This document shows positions 60,154 to 64,000 of a DNA stretch of 64,000 nt, one piece after another. This DNA comes from Candidatus Nanoarchaeia archaeon (GTDB taxonomy: Archaea; Nanobdellota; Nanobdellia; Pacearchaeales; GW2011-AR1): contig JAQUKY010000007.1 of the NCBI GenBank assembly GCA_028718805.1, forward strand, positions 18,176-82,175, given 5' to 3'. Each line of letters begins with the position of its first letter. The stretch's first letter is position 1. Below the pieces are notes generated by a model. The model was not told where the DNA came from. It saw nothing but the letters and a program-made list of their open reading frames with translations, and did no database searches. The position numbers were made by a program, and so were the translations under genes.

Positions 60154-60222
60154 AATCAATAATGCTGTAATTTAAGCGATTTAGCAACAGAAGATTAAGC
60201 GGGTGAGTTTATATGTTATTAG
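60154..60222 (+). repeat. Intergenic modular element closest to the IS605-type element interior
   Basis: GATAATCAATAATGCTGTAATTTAAGCG versus GATAATCGCTAATGCTGTGATTTAAACG. Confidence 0.7.
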
Positions 60223-60249
60223 AAAGTTAACAAATTTAGTAGTAGAATG

Positions 60250-60453
60250 TTAAACTCTTTCTTCAATGATCCGGGAAATAGGTTTCCCTGTTTTTTCCTT
60301 GAGTTTTTTTAATTTGTTTATAGTTTCAACAGAGAGAGTTACATCTATTCTCTTCCTTTGGAAAGGCAATTCATGAGTTTTATCATAATTTTCAAGAGCT
60401 TCAAATACATCTTTGTATTTTTTCAATATTTTTTTTGTTTGTGTCTGTTTCAT
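60250..60453 (-). CDS. Putative antitoxin, ribbon-helix-helix
   Basis: RIDVTLS..INKL..TGKPISRIIE; overlaps the Fic/Doc gene. Confidence 0.65.
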   Translation of the reverse strand: MKQTQTKKILKKYKDVFEALENYDKTHELPFQRKRIDVTLSVETINKLKKLKEKTGKPISRIIEERV

Positions 60454-60785
60454 TTTATACAACTTTTTAATCTCCATTCAATTTGTCTGATATTAGTTAT
60501 GTTTTTACTTGCAATAGATAAGACATGATGAACAATTAATTCCCTGTCTATTTGTTTTTGGTTTTCTTCTGCGAATTTTAAAGCAAAAAATGTTGCAGTT
60601 CTCTTGTTTCCATCTGAAAATGGATGATCAACAAGTATAGCTCTCCATAAATAAGCTAATTTCTTATAATCTCCAAGCTTTTCATTTTCCTGCATTTCAA
60701 TAGCAAAATCAATGCTTGAATCGCTTCTTAAGTTTCCTCCAAATCCATCATTTATTCTTAGTAGATCTTCCTTACTAATTTTCAT
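60450..60785 (-). CDS. Fic/Doc family protein
   Basis: HPFSDGNKRTA motif. Confidence 0.88.
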   Translation of the reverse strand: MKISKEDLLRINDGFGGNLRSDSSIDFAIEMQENEKLGDYKKLAYLWRAILVDHPFSDGNKRTATFFALKFAEENQKQIDRELIVHHVLSIASKNITNIRQIEWRLKSCIK

Positions 60786-60871
60786 ACACATAAATAATGG
60801 TAAGCAGTATTTAAATCTTTCTATCTCGCAATCACAACAATGATTATATAATCTTCATGCTTTAATTCAGG

Positions 60872-61303
60872 ATGCCCAGACAGATACAGACCCTGATGCT
60901 TAAAGAGCATGAGAGGATAAGCAGATTTCTTGGACAGCTTGAAAAAGAAATAGACAATTATGACAGGACAAAAATTAACTTTAACAAGTTTAAATGGAAC
61001 CTGGAAAAGCATTTTTTTGTGGAGGAAAAGGTAATATTCAATATGTTTGTGAATATTTCAGGAAAAGAAACAACAGACACCTTCCATCTTCTGAGCGATC
61101 ATGTCAGGATAATTGGCATGATAAATAATGTAGATGAAAAGCTGAGAAAAAAGATAAGACCTGATCTGTCCAGGCTGAAAGAGGTGCTGACTGCTCATAA
61201 AGATTTTGAAGACCATTATTTTTATCCAAGGTTAGATGAAAGATTAACTCTTGATCAGAAAAAGGAAATCTCAGAAAGAATTCAGGAAATCATTCCTGGG
61301 TAA
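60872..61303 (+). CDS. Hemerythrin-like (HHE) domain protein
   Basis: EH..I, HFFVEE, DH, H..FE..YFYP. Confidence 0.85.
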   Translation: MPRQIQTLMLKEHERISRFLGQLEKEIDNYDRTKINFNKFKWNLEKHFFVEEKVIFNMFVNISGKETTDTFHLLSDHVRIIGMINNVDEKLRKKIRPDLSRLKEVLTAHKDFEDHYFYPRLDERLTLDQKKEISERIQEIIPG

Positions 61304-61311
61304 GATAGCCT

Positions 61312-61452
61312 TTATCTCAAACTTCTGATAATATTGGCATAAGTCGTCAGGTTTATTTTAAGGAAGTCAGCAAGTGAAGTTAAAATAAATAAGCCCAAAA
61401 CAGCAATCAGCAAAATGATTACAACCCTGATACTGTTTGATTTGTGTTTCAT
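61312..61452 (-). CDS. Small single-TM protein (46 aa, absent from ORF track)
   Basis: MKHKSNSIRVVIILLIAVLGLFILTSLADFLKINLTTYANIIRSLR. Confidence 0.5.
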   Translation of the reverse strand: MKHKSNSIRVVIILLIAVLGLFILTSLADFLKINLTTYANIIRSLR

Positions 61453-61490
61453 CTTTTTATTCTCTTGTTTTTAATATTCATCTTCCTTTT

Positions 61491-61811
61491 TTAAGGCCAG
61501 TGATTATGAGCAAATCCTTCATAAAATCTTCTTGGATCCTGGGGGCATGTTCTTTGGACACCCATAAGAAAGTCATATGTTTCAGCATGAGGTTCAGAAG
61601 CATCAATTCTTTTGCCAACCATTATTTCCATAGAACTCCAGCCATTATTTTCATTTTGTAAAACCAAAGCAGCTTCTAATCTTTGTCTTCTTGTTGGATT
61701 TTCTAAATCAACCTTAATATTATGTTTTTTAACAGCCCGTTCTAATAATCCTCTTACATAACCATCAACTGGCTGAACTTCATCTAATGGGTTTATTATT
61801 TGTTTATTCAT
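61491..61811 (-). CDS. Hypothetical protein
   Basis: 106 aa, ATGA overlap with the upstream gene. Confidence 0.6.
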   Translation of the reverse strand: MNKQIINPLDEVQPVDGYVRGLLERAVKKHNIKVDLENPTRRQRLEAALVLQNENNGWSSMEIMVGKRIDASEPHAETYDFLMGVQRTCPQDPRRFYEGFAHNHWP

Positions 61812-62197
61812 TTTTTGTGTTTTTTTACCTTTTTCTGAACAGTATAATCAAGCTTTTTGCACAGCGCGCTATGTTCGGTCTTAAATTCATTGAGATATTT
61901 TAGTAGATCTCTCGCTACGCTATGGTCCCCATAATTTTTTCTTATTTGTCTTATCATTTTTTCAGTTTCATTACCGGTGGTATAAGATGAATCAAGAAGA
62001 TCAGTTATACTGCTTCTTCCATAGCTTGAAGGATGTTCTGTTATATTTTTAATTTTCGTTGTTGCCATTCTAATTCCAAAATACATCATGCCGGCATTAC
62101 ATCCTAATGAAAGCGCCTTAGAAACTTCTGCTTTAGCTAAAGCGTTAGTTAAATCTTTATGAGAATAAGTTTTTTTAGTGTATGTTTTCTTTGCCAT
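61808..62197 (-). CDS. Hypothetical basic protein
   Basis: 129 aa ORF. Confidence 0.55.
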   Translation of the reverse strand: MAKKTYTKKTYSHKDLTNALAKAEVSKALSLGCNAGMMYFGIRMATTKIKNITEHPSSYGRSSITDLLDSSYTTGNETEKMIRQIRKNYGDHSVARDLLKYLNEFKTEHSALCKKLDYTVQKKVKKHKK

Positions 62198-62221
62198 TTT
62201 TAATCTTTTAGAAATAATTTA

Positions 62222-62962
62222 TTAAATACTTTCCCTCTCTGTAATCGCCTTTCTCTTTCTGATAAACCTGACAATCAAGGATAAAACTAATATCCCAACA
62301 ATAAATACAATAATTACAACCCAGCCTGTTCCTAATGTTCCGACAACAGCCCCTGTAATTCTTGATACTCCCCCAAGGGTTGTAGTCTGGTTATTCCCTG
62401 TTAAAGTTTGTGTTTCATTGTTTGAACTTTCATCTCCGTTTCCGGCATTCTGGCTTGGTTCACCCGTTATATTATTATTTATGAAGATCTTGCAGTCTCT
62501 TGGGCATGTAGTTACGCTCTCTCCCGAGTCGCATTTATCATTTCCGCATAAATAATATCTATTGTTTCCTCCGTTATTATGATTAGTAGTTTGTTTGGGC
62601 TTAATGGCTAGGTTTATGATTGAAACAAATCCTTCTGCGCAATCACCCCTATCATTGCATTCAATTACAACCCCTGAATCAGAGCCATACAGGCTTCCTT
62701 TTGCACCCTCTGCATTAACATTAGCACCTTCTCCACACTCATCAACATCAAACCTTACTGCATATGTTCCGTCGTCAAGGCTGTCTGTCTCTAAGACATG
62801 AGAATTGCATGTTACTGTAACATCAGCATCTGAAATAATATCAGAATATTCAGAATTGTATATTTTTCCTGCAACAAGAGTCTGTGCAGATGTGATACTG
62901 ATTAAAAATACAAATAAAAATAATCCGGCAATCAATAATCCTGATGTCTTTGCGGTTTTCAT
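62222..62962 (-). CDS. Membrane-anchored surface protein with CGN..CD.GE...CP.DC motif
   Basis: Signal peptide, Cys motif, ITGAVV, TM. Confidence 0.8.
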   Translation of the reverse strand: MKTAKTSGLLIAGLFLFVFLISITSAQTLVAGKIYNSEYSDIISDADVTVTCNSHVLETDSLDDGTYAVRFDVDECGEGANVNAEGAKGSLYGSDSGVVIECNDRGDCAEGFVSIINLAIKPKQTTNHNNGGNNRYYLCGNDKCDSGESVTTCPRDCKIFINNNITGEPSQNAGNGDESSNNETQTLTGNNQTTTLGGVSRITGAVVGTLGTGWVVIIVFIVGILVLSLIVRFIRKRKAITERESI

Positions 62963-63172
62963 TTTTTGTTTTGTTTATCGTTCCTTTTCAGGCCTCAAAA
63001 CCTCTAAACCACCTCAGAACACCCCAACACCTCTCTTTTTTTAACACGTTTGTCCCCTAGAAGAATCTTCTCCTAGTATAATAAAAATATGAATAAATGC
63101 CCATATTTAAACCTTACTGTTGTATTAATTTTAAAGTAACAAATTTTAATATTTATTTGTTACAAATATTAA

Positions 63173-63338
63173 ATAAAAAGAAATCCACATCATTTATGAT
63201 GTGGTGCTGATAATCGCTAATGCTGTGATTTAAACGCTTGTGGAAGCAGGTTCAATAAATTGAAGTCCACAGGGCAAAGCGGCGGATAAGAGTAAAGATA
63301 TAAGGAAGCCCACGCATTTATGCGTGGGAGGATGTCAC
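63173..63338 (+). mobile_element. Non-autonomous IS200/IS605-type element, copy 4
   Basis: As copy 1 plus a 3-nt duplication (AAAGCGGCGGATAAG). Confidence 0.88.
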
Positions 63339-63346
63339 AATAATAA

Positions 63347-64000
63347 TTATATCCCAAATATTACTTTAAGAATTTTCCTTAAAAATGAATCTTCGTTTTC
63401 AGAATTTATAACTCCCCCTGTTACTACTACATTTTCTCCTCCTCCCCCGCTGCTTTCACTTCCGCCCCCACTTCCAGAATCTCCATTGCTACCTGAATCT
63501 ATAACTACATTACTTCCTCCGCCCCCACTGCTTCCACTTCCGCCACTATCTCCCACAATCCCTTGTGGCCCTGAATCTACATCATTATCAACTGTGTTTG
63601 GAGCAGGTGATACATCTTCATTTTCTTTATCCATTGAAGGTTTATCAATATCATTATTTTCATTATCCATACTTGGCTCTTGTAGATCTATTGTTCTAAT
63701 AGCATTATCTATAACATCAATTTCCTGCTTTATTTCATCTGCTCTTCCTAAATCCTGCCCAGTTTCCTGAGATTTTTTTTCAGAATCATCTGCAATTTTT
63801 TCAATCTGCTCCGGGTTAATATAATCAACTTTTCCATTTTCATCAACAATAATTTTTTCTCCGTTTTTTATTCTCTCTTCATTAACTCTTCCTGCAATCA
63901 TCTTGCAATCAGTAACATCAGAAACACCCATCTGCATGCATTCTTTTGGCAGGGTTACTTCTTCATATCCTCCAGATTCTTCTTCACAAGTTTCTCCTTC
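63347..64000 (-). CDS. 3' part of an acidic Gly/Ser-rich surface protein (continues beyond the window)
   Basis: Frame appears open to the window edge; low-complexity linker, VTGGVI, amphipathic tail. Confidence 0.65.
   Translation of the reverse strand, partial: EGETCEEESGGYEEVTLPKECMQMGVSDVTDCKMIAGRVNEERIKNGEKIIVDENGKVDYINPEQIEKIADDSEKKSQETGQDLGRADEIKQEIDVIDNAIRTIDLQEPSMDNENNDIDKPSMDKENEDVSPAPNTVDNDVDSGPQGIVGDSGGSGSSGGGGSNVVIDSGSNGDSGSGGGSESSGGGGENVVVTGGVINSENEDSFLRKILKVIFGI

Noticed and set aside
59992..60159. N-terminal extension of the 58534 ORF
   Set aside because: It runs through a TATA box and repeat-like spacer; the start at 59991 gives a normal signal peptide
8538..60222. Intergenic elements as canonical integron attC sites
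   Set aside because: They lack RYYYAAC/GTTRRRY cores, flank core housekeeping genes, and no intI is visible. Kept only as an architectural analogy
12143..63338. Repeated palindromic sequence as a CRISPR array
   Set aside because: Copies are 163-166 bp, kilobases apart, with no repeat-spacer periodicity and no cas genes
1525..63770. Numerous antisense or alternative-frame ORFs in the track (e.g. 3270-3587, 36784-37206, 52623-53132, 63324-63770)
   Set aside because: They are shadows of well-supported genes on the other strand or frame and have no motifs

Overview
AT-rich chromosomal window from an archaeon, most likely DPANN (Pacearchaeota-like, inferred from gene content). Housekeeping genes: mre11, guaA, rad50, purD, corA, proteasome beta subunit, aCPSF1/FttA, presenilin-like protease, signal peptidase, TrmB, CCA enzyme, oapABC/arvABC and rtcB-archease. 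A long, mostly minus-strand envelope cluster holds an archaeal type IV pilus locus (intein-containing ATPase, two platform proteins, seven class III pilins), an SRP RNA and many large PKD, LamG and Cys-rich surface proteins. The most unusual signal is non-coding. (1) About 20 degenerate, modular 65-115 bp intergenic elements bounded by inverted AATCAGTAAT/ATTACTGAT-like ends sit at gene junctions, including inside conserved operons. (2) Four near-identical 163-166 bp non-autonomous IS200/IS605-type elements (TTAA target, TCAC end) have an interior that is itself a member of that family. (3) Two adhesin-like genes share an identical 139 bp 5' arm and an identical 176 bp 3' arm around different C-terminal domains. 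No transposase, integrase, CRISPR array, rRNA or tRNA was seen. All alignments and folds were done by eye.
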